DNA from: Octopus bimaculoides
Taxonomy: Eukaryota
Length of the DNA: 57,318 nt
NCBI RefSeq assembly: GCF_001194135.2
Contig: NC_069005.1
Span: forward strand, 25,888,887-25,946,204
Direction: 5' to 3'
The number at the start of each line of letters is the position of its first letter. Position 1 is the stretch's first letter. Both the position numbers and the translations under genes were made by a program. Positions 24,800 to 36,359 of this stretch are shown one piece after another. A model generated the notes under the pieces. It saw nothing but the letters and a program-made list of their open reading frames with translations. It made no database searches and had not been told where the DNA came from.

Positions 24800-25300
24800 T
24801 GTTGTGCAAGAGTGAAGACAGCGCCGGATTGGTCATGTGATATGGATGAATGTCAACAGATTCATAAAGAAGTGCTGACGACTCAAACTGGATGGAACTT
24901 GTAGAAGAAGGAGACCCAGGAAGACAGGGATCGAAATAGCGAAGGATAATCTCAGGACATTGGACCTTACAGAAGAGATGTCAAAGGATCGGAATATCTG
25001 GTGCCTTGCTGTAATTGAGAAGACCTGTCCTCCACAGTAAAAGTGTTAATGCCCCTCCCCCTGCTGAAGGGGATTGGCCCGTAAGAACCCTGTGCTGGTG
25101 CCACATAAAAGGCACTTGTGTCTGCACCAGATAATAGAAACCGTGTCAGCGTTACATAAAAGTGCTCATGCTGGTACCATGTAAAATTCTTGGCTTTAGG
25201 AAGGGCATCAAGCCTTAGAAACCTAGCCAAATCAAACTGGAGCCTGGTGCAGCTCCCTGGTTTGCCATCATGGACAACGAATGTTAAAGGATGAGGATGA
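24800..25300 (+). mobile_element. RTE LINE 3' remnant (ORF end + 3'UTR)
   Basis: GHVIWMN...RRRRPRKT.IEIAKDNLRTLDLTEEMSKDRNIWCLAV is an RTE C-terminus that continues into family D sequence. Similar remnants at 44410-44760 (+) and 19800-20160 (-). Confidence 0.7.
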
Positions 25301-25544
25301 GTGAGTCAGACAGGGAAAGACAAGATAAAGCAATTTACATGATTAATGTTAATAATAATAATAAAAAAACCAGTTGAATTACTTACACCACATGTGTTAC
25401 CAGACCCTGCACCAGCACAACATTGACATAGAATTATATCAACACAGTCCATTTGCTGTAAAGTGGAAAGAAGATAGATACAAAGTAATATTTACAATAC
25501 TGATATCTAGTTGTATCGACATAGTCCAGTTCGCTGTAAAGTGG

Positions 25545-25880
25545 GAGAAGGAGGTGGTGCATGGCTGAGAATCATGAGGTAGTGAGTTCGATTCCCGGAC
25601 TTGGCTATGTGTTGTGTTCTTGAGCAAGAATACTTTATTTCACCTTGCTCCAGTTCACTCATCTGTAGAAATGAGTTGCGACATCACTGGTGCCAAGCTG
25701 TGTCAGCCTTTGCCTTTCCCTTGGATAACATTGGTGGTATGAAGAGGGGAGGCCGGTATGCATGGGCGACTGCTGGTCTTCCATAAATAACCTTGCCCAG
25801 ACTTGTGCCTCGGAGAGGAACTTTCTAGGGGCAATCCCATGGTCATTCATGACTGAAGGAGGTCTTTGCCCCTTTACCCT
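25545..25880 (+). mobile_element. Third tRNA-headed SINE
   Basis: B-box gagttcgattcccgg, a gtgttcttgagcaag central motif, and a ctttacc tail. Confidence 0.55.
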
Positions 25881-26745
25881 ATATATNNNNNNNNNNNNNN
25901 NNNNNNNNNNNNNNNNNNNNNNNNNNNNNNNNNNNNNNNNNNNNNNNNNNNNNNNNNNNNNNNNNNNNNNNNNNNNNNNNNNNNNNNNNNNNNNNNNNNN
26001 NNNNNNNNNNNNNNNNNNNNNNNNNNNNNNNNNNNNNNNNNNNNNNNNNNNNNNNNNNNNNNNNNNNNNNNNNNNNNNNNNNNNNNNNNNNNNNNNNNNN
26101 NNNNNNNNNNNNNNNNNNNNNNNNNNNNNNNNCCAACATACTGCTATTTCTAAATTTTCAGTATGTTGGAGAAGCAACTCAAGCTAATCCCTGTATATTT
26201 ATGATTATAAATGGTTTTACCGATAAAGGTTTTTTCATACTGAACTACTTGGCAAAATTGTTAATTATTAATTCTATTACTAATTGATGATTCCCTGCCC
26301 TTATTTCTATATATATATATAGTAATATATATATAGCTTGACATATAATATTGGTTTCAAATTTTGGTTCAAGGCAGCAATTTTGAGGTAGGGGGTTGCA
26401 TCGACCCAAGTATTCAACTGATATTTAATTTATCAACTCTGAAAGGATGAAAGGCAAATTTGAACTCAGAATGTGAAGATGGATGAAATGCCACAGCATT
26501 TTGCCTGCTGTGCTAATGATTCTGCCAGCTTACTGCTTTAGTTTTACATATAATATTGATGCAGAATTATGTCAACATTGTAGATCTGTCTTCACGTTTT
26601 GAGTTCTAATATTTGGGCCAGTCTGTTCTAACAGAACATCCATGTTTAAATGGAGATAATTATTACCTCCTGGTAGTAACACTCTCTCTGTTACTATTAT
26701 ATGTTTTTTAACAAGGTTGATAGAGAGAAAAAAGAGTTATCTTAC

Positions 26746-26892
26746 CTTCCTTTGGGGACAGCAGGCATCTAAGCATTTTTCCACACTTGGCACCGAACAA
26801 GTGCATTTCTCTGAGATAGCCAGGCAGCACTTGATACAACTGTTGTCAGGCTTGGATCCACAGATATTACACTCGGAACAGACACCTCGCTT
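26746..26892 (-). CDS. Uncharacterised Cys-rich membrane protein, exon 3
   Basis: tttttctcaacag| ... aag|gtaaga, phase 0/0. Encodes KRGVCSECNICGSKPDNSCIKCCLAISEKCTCSVPSVEKCLDACCPQRK (11 Cys). Confidence 0.83.
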
Positions 26893-27354
26893 CTGTTGAG
26901 AAAAAGTGAAAGGTCAGAGTTTAGAGAAAGTAAGGAAACAAAATTACTCACACTCCTTTCTACTCTCTCCCCCTTCTTTTTCAATTGGGGTATCCATGTA
27001 TCTACTCTACAGTAAGACACCTATCTCTGTGCCTCTGTACCTTTAATCTTCCAACTAATCCAAAGCCACAACCCTCAATACAGCTCCCCCACTCGCAGTT
27101 GAGGTGGGTTTAGTTTTGTCTTGCAAGACACTTGGTGACCTTATTGGTGTTGGTGCCTCATAAAAAGCACCCGGTACACTCTGTAAAGTGACTTGTGCGG
27201 GGAAGGGCATCAGGCTGTAGAAACCATGCCAAAATAGATAATGGAACCTGATGCAACCTTGCCAGCTCCTGTCAAACTGACCAACTCATGCCAACATAGA
27301 AAACAGACGTTAAATGATGATGATTTTTTTCCCAATAAATGTAAATATTGTTAA

Positions 27355-27575
27355 CCCTTTCGTTACTGTATTCATTTTGAGATGCTCTGTGTTTCTTTCA
27401 ATTAATTTTAAATATTACAAAGAATTTAGTAAAATAACTTAGTTATCATTCAGCTAGTCTTAGGAACATAAATTGTGACTAAGGCTTGGTGGAAGATTTT
27501 AATTCAGAACTTATGAAAACAAGACATTTGTACTCGGAGCCAGATCCGGTTTCAGCCGGGTTGGTAACGAAAGGG
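27355..27575 (+). mobile_element. TTAA-flanked MITE family E, intact copy
   Basis: TTAA|ccctttcgttac...gtaacgaaaggg|TTAA; perfect 12-bp TIR. Confidence 0.85.
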
Positions 27576-28659
27576 TTAATAGCTACTCAAGTCAGACATG
27601 ATTAAAGTTTAAAGGTTTACTCAATCAGAGCTGACCTAGATCTAAACAAAAACAACAACAGTTCCTTCTAAAGACTAAAGGACTTCATAATAATGTATTC
27701 TAGAAACACTTAGAAAGGCTTGCCGAAAGAACACACTTTTGTCTGACAAGTATTCCGACTATTGTTTTAAAGCTGTTACTCGGTGAATTTCAACCCAAAC
27801 CAGACAATTTGCATTTTCATTCAATGCATATTTAGTCAGATTAATTCTGTATTTTCTATTGTATTTTATTAAAAACCAATAATCCCCACTCTCATGCATA
27901 TTACACACAATAAATAGCTACTTTAGTATTCAGATTATGCTATCGAATAAAATACTTATTTATTCACATTGTTTTGTATTAATCAAACATTATCTCGCAG
28001 CTTTGAGATCTTGATGATGTGATTGTTTATTTTTAGAATGACATGGTTTTAGGATTGGTGTGAGAGGATAGATCTGGCTGCTTTGAACATAAAACAGGTA
28101 GAATAGCTGAGCTAGATATGACAGGTTTAAATGCTAAAGGGTTAAAATCAGTTAAGCTGTTATTGTAATGTTCTGGCTTCAACCAAAACTGTTTTAGCCA
28201 ATATGTCAGTTGCTAGTAAAGGTGTTGGACTCACAACTACAAAGTTGTGGGTTCAATACTGGGATTGAGGCTGCACATTGCCTTTGAGCTAGTCATTTCA
28301 GGCTACGCCCATCTGAAAATTTATCCTGGCCAAATACTGATGCAACCTCTCTCTCTCTCTGTCTCTAGCTGCTGCATTACTGGAAATATTTTGCTGGGTC
28401 AACGATTGCATATAACTACATGTCACCAGCACCGGTGCCTTTCATGTGATGACATTTGAATGTTTACACTATTTTTACACCACATTCTATGTTGACTTCT
28501 ACACTGGAAAATAAAGAATATAGAGGCTTCTTTTACAGAACATGTGACCTGGAAATTTTGTACAGAAGATAAGAGGAAGGTGTGTGCTGATTTGATATCA
28601 AAATATCCATAGCCCATAGCCTATGCCAGTGGGTGTAACCAGCCCATTTATGAATACCC

Positions 28660-29220
28660 CTCATTCATTGGACAATAAACCTTGCTTGTGAAGACCTACT
28701 GAGGCAAGTGAAATTAAAATCAAAATTGCTGACGTGGCTGATGACAGTACCGCCTGATTGGCACTCATGCCAGTGGAACGTTAAAAGCACATCTGAACGT
28801 GTTCGTTGCCAGGGCCACGGATTGGCTCCCGTGCTGGTGGCACATGAAAAGCACCATTTGAGTGTGATCGTTGCCAGCGTCGCCTTACCGGCACACATGC
28901 CAGTGGCATGTGAAAAACAACATTTGAGCGTGGTCGTTACCAGTGCTGCTGGACTGGCTCCTGTGCAGGTAGCAGGTAAAAACACCTTTTCAGCATGAGT
29001 GTGGTCATTGCCAGAACCGCCTGATTGGCCCTCATGCCGGTGGCACGTGAAAAGCACCCACTACACTCTTGGAGAGGTTGGCGTTAGGAAGGGCATCCAG
29101 CTGTAGAAACTTTGCCAGACCAGATTGGAGCCTGGTGCAGCCTCTGGCTCACCAGTCCTCAGTCAAACCGTCCAACCGATGCCAGCATGGAAAGCAGACG
29201 TTAAACAATGATGATGATGA
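28660..29220 (+). mobile_element. RTE 3'UTR-derived repeat family D (long copy)
   Basis: Ends ...ccaacccatgc(c/t)agcatggaaagc(a/g)gacgttaaac(gat)n. Copies at about 3155-3310, 5605-5800, 7560-7890, 17600-18050, 20461-20770, 22740-22920, 27150-27325, 33140-33325, 36500-36789, 37140-37680, 38810-38995, 44590-45025 and 53380-53460. Confidence 0.85.
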
Positions 29221-29251
29221 TATCTAGAGATTAAATTAAATTTTGTCTCAC

Positions 29252-29386
29252 CGTAAGACATTGCTGAATAATGGTGAATATGATGATAACCAAGAGGTAG
29301 ATACCAATAGCAATGGACAGGATGGACGCTGGGTGGTAAATGAGTGTGACTGGTGTTGGCTGTGGGGTCGACATAATCGGCACCAT
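29252..29386 (-). CDS. Uncharacterised Cys-rich membrane protein, exon 2 (TM helix)
   Basis: ttttccag| ... acg|gtgaga, phase 0/0. Encodes MVPIMSTPQPTPVTLIYHPASILSIAIGIYLLVIIIFTIIQQCLT. Confidence 0.8.
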
Positions 29387-30876
29387 CTGGAAAATTCCAA
29401 AAAGAATCAAAATATTTAGCAAATGTGAAGTAAATATAATTTTATTGATTCAGAAAAAAAAAAAAAAATTAACAACAACAACAATAATAATAACAACTGA
29501 TTGTCAGTTGCTTGACCGTAACCAGTTGAGCATGTCCCTTAGTGGCTGATGATATGTGCATCTTTGATCTCGAGCAGAATTAGTTGGGTAGCATCATAGC
29601 CATACGTTGAGAGGAATTCTTTGGGGTTTCAATAACTCAGCCCCAGAAACATAGGTGTTTTGTTCATCATCCTTCAACAACCCTCATTCGGGGACCTTTT
29701 GAGTGGGATGGGCTACTTGACCTGAAGATAATTCTGAGTCTCACCTGCAAAGTCATGCATTGTTTATCTTGATATGAGATCACCGTGTCGCACATATGTT
29801 TGTGATGCATGTGCCTGGTGCACCCTTATCAGATGAGTGGTCATGATGGGTATATTGGACTTTGTACACTTGTACCCCAGTGTCACTCTAATGGCATACA
29901 CTGCTCTCTCGGATTAAGTCAATTAGATTGACTTCAGTACATAACTGGTACTTAATTTATCGACCCCAAAAAGATGAAAGGCAAAGTCGACCTCAGTGGA
30001 ATTTGAACTCAGAATGTAAAGACAGACGAAGTACCATTAAGCATTTTGCCAGGTTGCTAACGTTTCTCCCACCTCACCGCCAGCATCACAATAATAATAA
30101 TAATAATAATAATAATCCTTTCTACTATAAGCACAAGGCCTGAAATTTTGGAGAAGGGGCTAGTCGATTAATATTGACCCCAGTAAGTAACTTGTACTTA
30201 TTTCATCGACCCCCTAAAGGATGATAGGCAAAGAAGGACCTCAGCTGAATTTGAACTCAGAACATAAAGACAGACGAAATGCCACTAAGCGTTTTGCCCG
30301 GTGTGCTAACGATTCTGCCAGCTCTCCACCTTAGATATAATAAATAACAATAATAATCCTTTCTACAACAGGCACAAGGCCTGAAATATGGGGTAGGGGA
30401 TAAGTCGATTACATTGACCCTAATTTTTGACTGGTACTTATTTTATCGACCCCAAAAGGATGAAGGGCAAAGTTGACCTCAGCAGAATTTGAAATCAGAA
30501 TGCAAAGAAGGATGAAATGCTGCTAAGCATTTTTCCTGGCATGCTAATGAGTTCGCCAGTTGGCCACCTTTAACAACAAGAGTACTCAGAGAGCGCAAAC
30601 CTCCACCAAGGCAACACCAACGTCCTCTCAACCATTACCCAGAGATAGTTTTTAGAATGAGAATATCTGAAATAAACTCGACTGCTCTCACAAACGAGAA
30701 TACTAAAAAATGAACCCGACCGTTCTCAAAAATTGGCGATCTTACGTTAAGTACTTTAGTTTAACGACCTGGCAGGATTCGAACTCAGAACATAAAGACA
30801 CATAATTAAATATAACATTTAGCTGGTTTTCGCGGAGAAGGGAGTATGTATAATAGTCGTCGGTATTTAAGAGAAC

Positions 30877-31072
30877 TGGTACTACTAAAGCAGCGTGGTC
30901 CCGAACGCGCAAGCTAGTCGTGAGTGGTCGATCCTAACCCTAACCCTAACCCTAAATAGTATTCATTTGCGCGCGCGCGCACTTTTTGTAGGATCGACCA
31001 CTCACGACTAGCTAGCGCGGACGCGCAACTGCGCGACTGCGAGTTCGGGACCACGCTGCTTTAGTAGTATCA
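30877..31072. mobile_element. Fold-back element with telomeric core and 6-bp TSD
   Basis: About 55-bp composite inverted arms, GAGAAC direct repeats at 30871-30876 and 31073-31078, and CCTAA(CCCTAA)3 at 30933-30955. Confidence 0.8.
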
Positions 31073-31194
31073 GAGAACTTTATCAACACTGTAAAGGGGT
31101 TAACAGGTGTTATCGATCTCAGCAAGATTCGAACTCAAAAAATAAAGTGACGCGAAAAAGAAAAAAAATGAAAGTTTTATAACTTCGTCCTTAC

Positions 31195-31239
31195 CATAGT
31201 CCCAAAGAAAACATCCTCGCTGTCCTCTGTCCCGAACAT
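31195..31239 (-). CDS. Uncharacterised Cys-rich membrane protein, exon 1
   Basis: ATG...ATG|GTAAGG; 15 codons MFGTEDSEDVFFGTM, phase 0. Could instead be partly 5'UTR, with translation starting at the exon-2 Met. Confidence 0.6.
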
Positions 31240-31849
31240 TTACGAGAATCACATCGCCTATTAAGAATTTATGTGAGAGGGATGACTTAACAATGAACAA
31301 GGGCTACCACAATGAACAACAATGTTCAAAGATGATCGCCAATGTTCAAAATTTGTTCTTAGAAACAAAGTTAATGTTTGATCACGTGACTAAGTTCTGG
31401 TTTCTAACGACTAAAATATCACTAATTTTCTGTATTTTTAAAACATTCTAAAAAAAGATTTTTCTCCCATATTTTTCTCATCAAAAAATTGAAAGAAAAT
31501 TTTTCCCTTTCAAATATCTTCTTATATGTTCCCAATGAATTAAAAACATTTTTTCTCCTTTTATAAACTCATTTACTTCCTTTATGTTTATTTTCTTCAT
31601 CGATTTCGTACTTCCGGTTTCCTCGAAAAAACCACAAGGCTTTTTTACTATGTATTTACTTTCGTTCGTTGATTAACCACTAATTATATAAATAATTATT
31701 AATTATTCTAAAATTAGAATTAATTTAGTTCCATAAGAGTACGATAGACTGATTCATTGTTGAAACAAGAAGAAGGAAGAATATCAACAAAGTGGATGTT
31801 TGATTTGATTGCGTTGAAATAATTAACCATAAAAGAGAAGAGACCAAGA
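31240..31849. promoter_or_regulatory. Probable bidirectional promoter (Cys-rich gene / ESS2)
   Basis: The two ATGs face away from each other, about 610 bp apart. The interval is locally CpG-bearing and largely free of repeats, with an ETS-type ACTTCCGG (31610-31617) and an E-box TCACGTGA (31382-31389). Confidence 0.55.
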
Positions 31850-31972
31850 ATGGCTTTGGAAACAACGGAATATTGCGGAGTTCTTCGGAAAATCAGAAAT
31901 AACAGCGATAACGAAGCGGTTACTGTGAAGAAGATAAAGAAAAAAGTTCTCGATGAAGATACTTATATTGAA
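31850..31972 (+). CDS. ESS2: ESS2/DGCR14 splicing factor, exon 1
   Basis: ATG...KKVLDEDTYIE|gtgagt, matching human KQRVLDEEEYIE. Confidence 0.93.
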
Positions 31973-32614
31973 GTGAGTTTTACATTCATGTCACTGTTCT
32001 GTAAAGTTGTTTTTCGTTTGAGCACTGTTCTCTGTGTATTGTTGTGGTTTAGTCTTAATTAATTACTGCTCTAATGAGCCATGGTCAAAACGCCTGTCTC
32101 TCCACAGAATTTTTGGTATATCCTGTATTCTACGGGTTTTAGTTCAGTAAATTTGAATAAATTTACGCACCAGTGCCGAAGGAGTACTTATCAAACGTGT
32201 CCTTCCTTAATATCTAGAAAAAAAATAGTGTAGTAGTTGAAGTGCACCGTATATGAAAGAAAAAATGCGCGCTGACAAACGGGGTGGGGGAGACGGTTGG
32301 TGGGTGATGTGGATCCTAGTCCTACCAAGCTCGGCTACAAACTCCGAAGATTTTTTTTTTGCGTCCTCTAATATGGCAGGGTGGGAGATTTGGGTACTAT
32401 TTCTAGCAGGTTCAAGACCACATTGAGACTCGTTTATACTGGTTGCATGGTTACGTTAGCTCTATGACCAAAGACTTCTGGTCAGAACGAGTTTGTATAT
32501 ATCGAAATTGAGGGAGTGGAACAAATAAAATATACGCTACATATGTATCTTAGCTAGCCGAAGCTTGTGATGCAATTGCTCTACATTAAGCTCTCCTCGT
32601 GTAGCCAGGCCGCG

Positions 32615-33149
32615 ACATAATAAGCACTAGTGCTGGTGCCACATAAAAAGCACTGGTGCTGGTGCCACATAATAAGCACTAGTGCTGGTGCCACATAAAA
32701 AGCACTGGTGTTGGTGCCACATAATAAGCAGTAGTGCTGATGTCATTTAAAAAGCACTGGTGTTGGTGCCACATAATAAGCACTGATGCTGGTGCCACAT
32801 AAAAAAACACTGGTGTTGGTGCCACATAATAAGCACTAGTGTTGGTGCCACATAATAAGCACTAGTGTTGGTGCCACATAATAAGCACTAGTGTTGGTGC
32901 CACATAATAAGCACTAGTGCTGGTGCCACATAATAAGCACTGGTGTTGGTGCCACATAATAAACACTAGTGCTGGTGCCACATAAAAAGCACTGGTGTTG
33001 GTGCCACATAAAAAGCACTGGTGTTGGTGCCACATAATAAGCACTGGTGTTGGTGCCACATAATAAGCACTAGTGCTGGTGCCACATAATAAGCAGTAGT
33101 GCTGATGTCATTTAAAAATCACTGGTGCTGGTTCCACATAAAAAGCACC
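32615..33149 (+). repeat. 26-bp minisatellite, about 20 units, in ESS2 intron 1
   Basis: Unit ACATAA(T/A)AAGCACT(A/G)GTG(C/T)TGGTGCC; runs directly into a family D tail. Confidence 0.95.
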
Positions 33150-33375
33150 CAGTACACTCTGTGGAGTGGATGGCATTAGGAAGGGCAACCAGCTGTAAAA
33201 ACCAAGCCAAAACAGACTGTGGAACCTGGTGCAGCTCTTGGCCTTGCCAGTTCCTTACAAGCCAGCCAATCCATGCCAGTCTGGAAAACGGATGTTAAAT
33301 GTTGATGATGATGATGATGATGATGACTGCATAGATCTGTATATATAATTTTTTTTGTTTTTGTTTCATTCTCAG

Positions 33376-33538
33376 GGTTTGCAGAAGATTATTCAGCGTG
33401 ATTTTTTCCCTGACCTTCCAAAGTGGAAGGCTCAGGCGGAATATTTTGATGCAGTAGAAAACAATGATCTTGTCAAATTACGGGAAATCCAGATGAAATA
33501 TGGTCTACGGCGCCCAGAAACAGGCTCTTCATCTGTCT
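33376..33538 (+). CDS. ESS2: ESS2 exon 2
   Basis: Encodes GLQKIIQRDFFPDLPKWKAQAEYFDAVENNDL...; canonical AG/GT, phase 0 in and 1 out. Confidence 0.95.
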
Positions 33539-35434
33539 GTAAGTTTGCTCTCTTTCTGTTACAGTTTTCACGATTATTTTTCATAAGTTTTGTATTTTAT
33601 ATCAAACGTTTTGTGAATAATGTAGTAACTGGTTATAGATTTCCAATGGTTCAATCACTGGTTCACTGCATTTCCAGTGTTGAGAGAGAGAGAGAGTAGA
33701 ATATCAAGGGAGTGTCTGTGTAACTCAGGTGAATATATATATATATATATATATAAATTAGATTGGAGCCTGGTGTTGCCATCCGGTTTCACCAGTCCTC
33801 AGTCAAATCGTCCAACCCATGCTAGCATGGAAAGCGGACGTTAAACGATGATGATGATGATGATATATATATATATATATATATATATGAACACATTCAC
33901 TTACACATACATATGCACATATACATAAAAGAAATGAAATTGAAAATGCACTTGAAGTCTTTAAGAAGATTTTTTTTCACATTAACTCAACTGGTTTCAT
34001 AATTCCATAAATTTCAAAAGTAGCATTAGATTGAGGGATGTAGAGCTGTACTGAAGCAGTCTTGATTCTAACAGGAGTTTGAAAACTTTCTTTTTTTCAT
34101 ATGGAGAGATAATGACTGCAATTAGTTAAGGAACAGTTTGGCTGAAGGTCATGTGGTCAGGCATAGAATTTATTTAGATCTTTGTGATGTCTGTATATTA
34201 GGTTTATGGGAATTTAGAATGACAACTGCACAAAAAGTTAGTCCAGTAATTCTGTCCTGGCCATATGGACAACAATGGCATTTTAGACTCCCTATTACAT
34301 CATGTGACAGGATGGATGATAATTGTACCAAGAGATAAAACTGTGTCATGTGACTGTATGAACACCAGATTATCAGAATAACTAAAAATTGAGAAATAGA
34401 TTTCTTGCTTGTATTTGAGAGACAGTGAGTCATGTGTCTGAATATACGTATGTCCTGTTATCTATTTGATTGTGTGTGAGAATGAGACCAGTTGTCAAGC
34501 TTTGCGAGAGGACAAATGTAAATACACACACACACACATGCATACACACATATTCGATGGGCTTCTTTCTGTTTCCGCTTACCAAGTCCACTCAAAAGGC
34601 TTTGGTCGACCTGAAGCTATTGAAGAAACTTGCCTGCGGTGCCACACAGTGGAATTGAACCCGGAGCCATGTGGTTGGGAAAGAAGCTTCTTATTTCTTT
34701 ATTGCCCATAAGGGGCTAAACATAGAGGGGACAAACAAGGACAGGCAAAGGGATTAAGTCGATTACATCAACCCCAGTGCATAACTGGTATTTAATATCG
34801 ACCCCGAAAGGATGAAAGGTAAAGTCGACCTCGGCGGAATTTGAAAGAAGCTTCTTACCACATGACCATGCCTACGTCTAGGTATATTCAGCTATGGGGA
34901 CATCTTCAGGCTTCTTTCAGTTAGGGAAAGTGTACAACTATTATTCCAGGCACACTTTTCTTCAACAACATCTTGGTTTGTTCTTCACCAGAAAATAACT
35001 TAGTACTTGCAACTCCTTGGTCTGGTTCCAAGTGAAAATGAAATCTGTCTGTCTTACATGCTTTGATTAGAAGAGGATCGTGAGAATGATTGATTTCTTG
35101 AAATTCATGTTGCAAATGGTTTGTCCATCTGCATAGCAGAACTCCAGAGATTTTCATTCTTCATCAGTGAGTTATGCTTGAAATTATGCATAACTTTTAC
35201 ATTTTTTCAGTGTCAGAATTTTCTTTTTTCCCAAATCAGTGTCTGGTATTTCTTAAACACTCAATTAAGAAAGAAAAAAAAATCAGCAAAATAATAAAAA
35301 ATGAGAGATTGGTGGTGGAAGATAAAATTTTTTAAATAATGTAATTTTGCACCTTTTTTCCACTTAATCATAATCATTCACATTGAAAACATAAATCTGA
35401 AGAAATTGTTGTAAAAGAATCAAATTACAAAATG

Positions 35435-35650
35435 TTGCAACTCTCACCAGCCACTCCTCTATCCCTAGTTTCTGCAATGACCACCAGATACGGGAGTGGG
35501 TGACCCTGTTGAACACTTTCTCCATGTCAGCAAAAGCAAAGCACAGAGAGGTTTTTTGGGGGGGCCTGGTACTTTCGCAGCTGCCTCACCAGGAATATAG
35601 CATCAGTGGTGCTTCTCCCTGGCACAAAGCCAAACTGCTTCTCATCTTCT
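35435..35650 (-). mobile_element. RTE reverse-transcriptase fragment
   Basis: QFGFVPGRSTTDAIFLVRQL ... AFADMEKVFNRV...WWSLQKLGIEEWLVRV. Confidence 0.75.
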
Positions 35651-35749
35651 GTGGTATATACTGTTGACAAACCTCTTATTGTGATTGATACTCGACACAC
35701 AATACTCCTTCCTGATACATTTAACTCTTGTTTTATTGATTCTTAACAG

Positions 35750-35866
35750 ACAACACTCCAGACACTTTTGAAACCCCTGAAGGTAGAGAAAATAAAGCAT
35801 CTCCAACAGAGAGTTCATCACTGAAAGAAAAACAAGACAATACTTCAGAGAAAAACGAAGAATCAG
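35750..35866 (+). CDS. ESS2: ESS2 exon 3
   Basis: Encodes YNTPDTFETPEGRENK... (human YVTPATFETPE); phase 1/1. Confidence 0.92.
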
Positions 35867-36210
35867 GTATGGCTAGTTTTCCTATCTTACTCTCTTTTAC
35901 TTGTTTCAGTCATTTGACTGCGGCCATGCTGGAGCACCGCCTTTAGTCGAGCAAATCGACCCCAGGACTTATTCTATTCCATCGGTCATCTTTTGCCGAA
36001 CCGCTAAGTTACAGGGGACATAAACACACCAGCATCAGTTGTTAAGCGATGTTGCGGGGACAAACACAGGCACACAAACATATACACACATACATACATA
36101 CATATATATCTTATCTAGATATACATTTATCCATGTATATCTAAATTATCTTGGATGTCTTTTGATTTATAGATAGAATGTAATATGTTTTTTTGTTTTT
36201 TTTTTCCCAG

Positions 36211-36359
36211 AGAGACTTCACCTTGATACGCTGGATAACTATCTGTCGAAACACACCAGCGAGGACAACGCATCTTTTGCAGAAATTCTCAAGGAAACAC
36301 AACGTAAACACAAAGAAAAACACTCGTGGTTGTACGAACAAGAAGAAAAACAAAACATT
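36211..36359 (+). CDS. ESS2: ESS2 exon 4
   Basis: Encodes LDNYLSKHTSEDNASFAEILKETQRKHKEKHSWLYEQEE; phase 1 in and 0 out. Confidence 0.95.

Noticed and set aside
28423-28560. Extra exon of the Cys-rich gene (CRSQHRMWCKNS...)
   Set aside because: An acceptor is present, but the frame hits TGA and there is no good phase-0 donor; exons 2 and 3 join cleanly without it.
30877-31072. Polinton/Maverick assignment based on the 6-bp TSD
   Set aside because: The termini are TG...CA with TAC repeats reading inward, not the AG/AGT-type ends I recall for Polintons, and the element is tiny.
32615-33149. CRISPR-like regular repeat array
   Set aside because: The units are contiguous with no unique spacers, there are no cas genes, the context is eukaryotic, and the unit derives from a retroelement 3'UTR.
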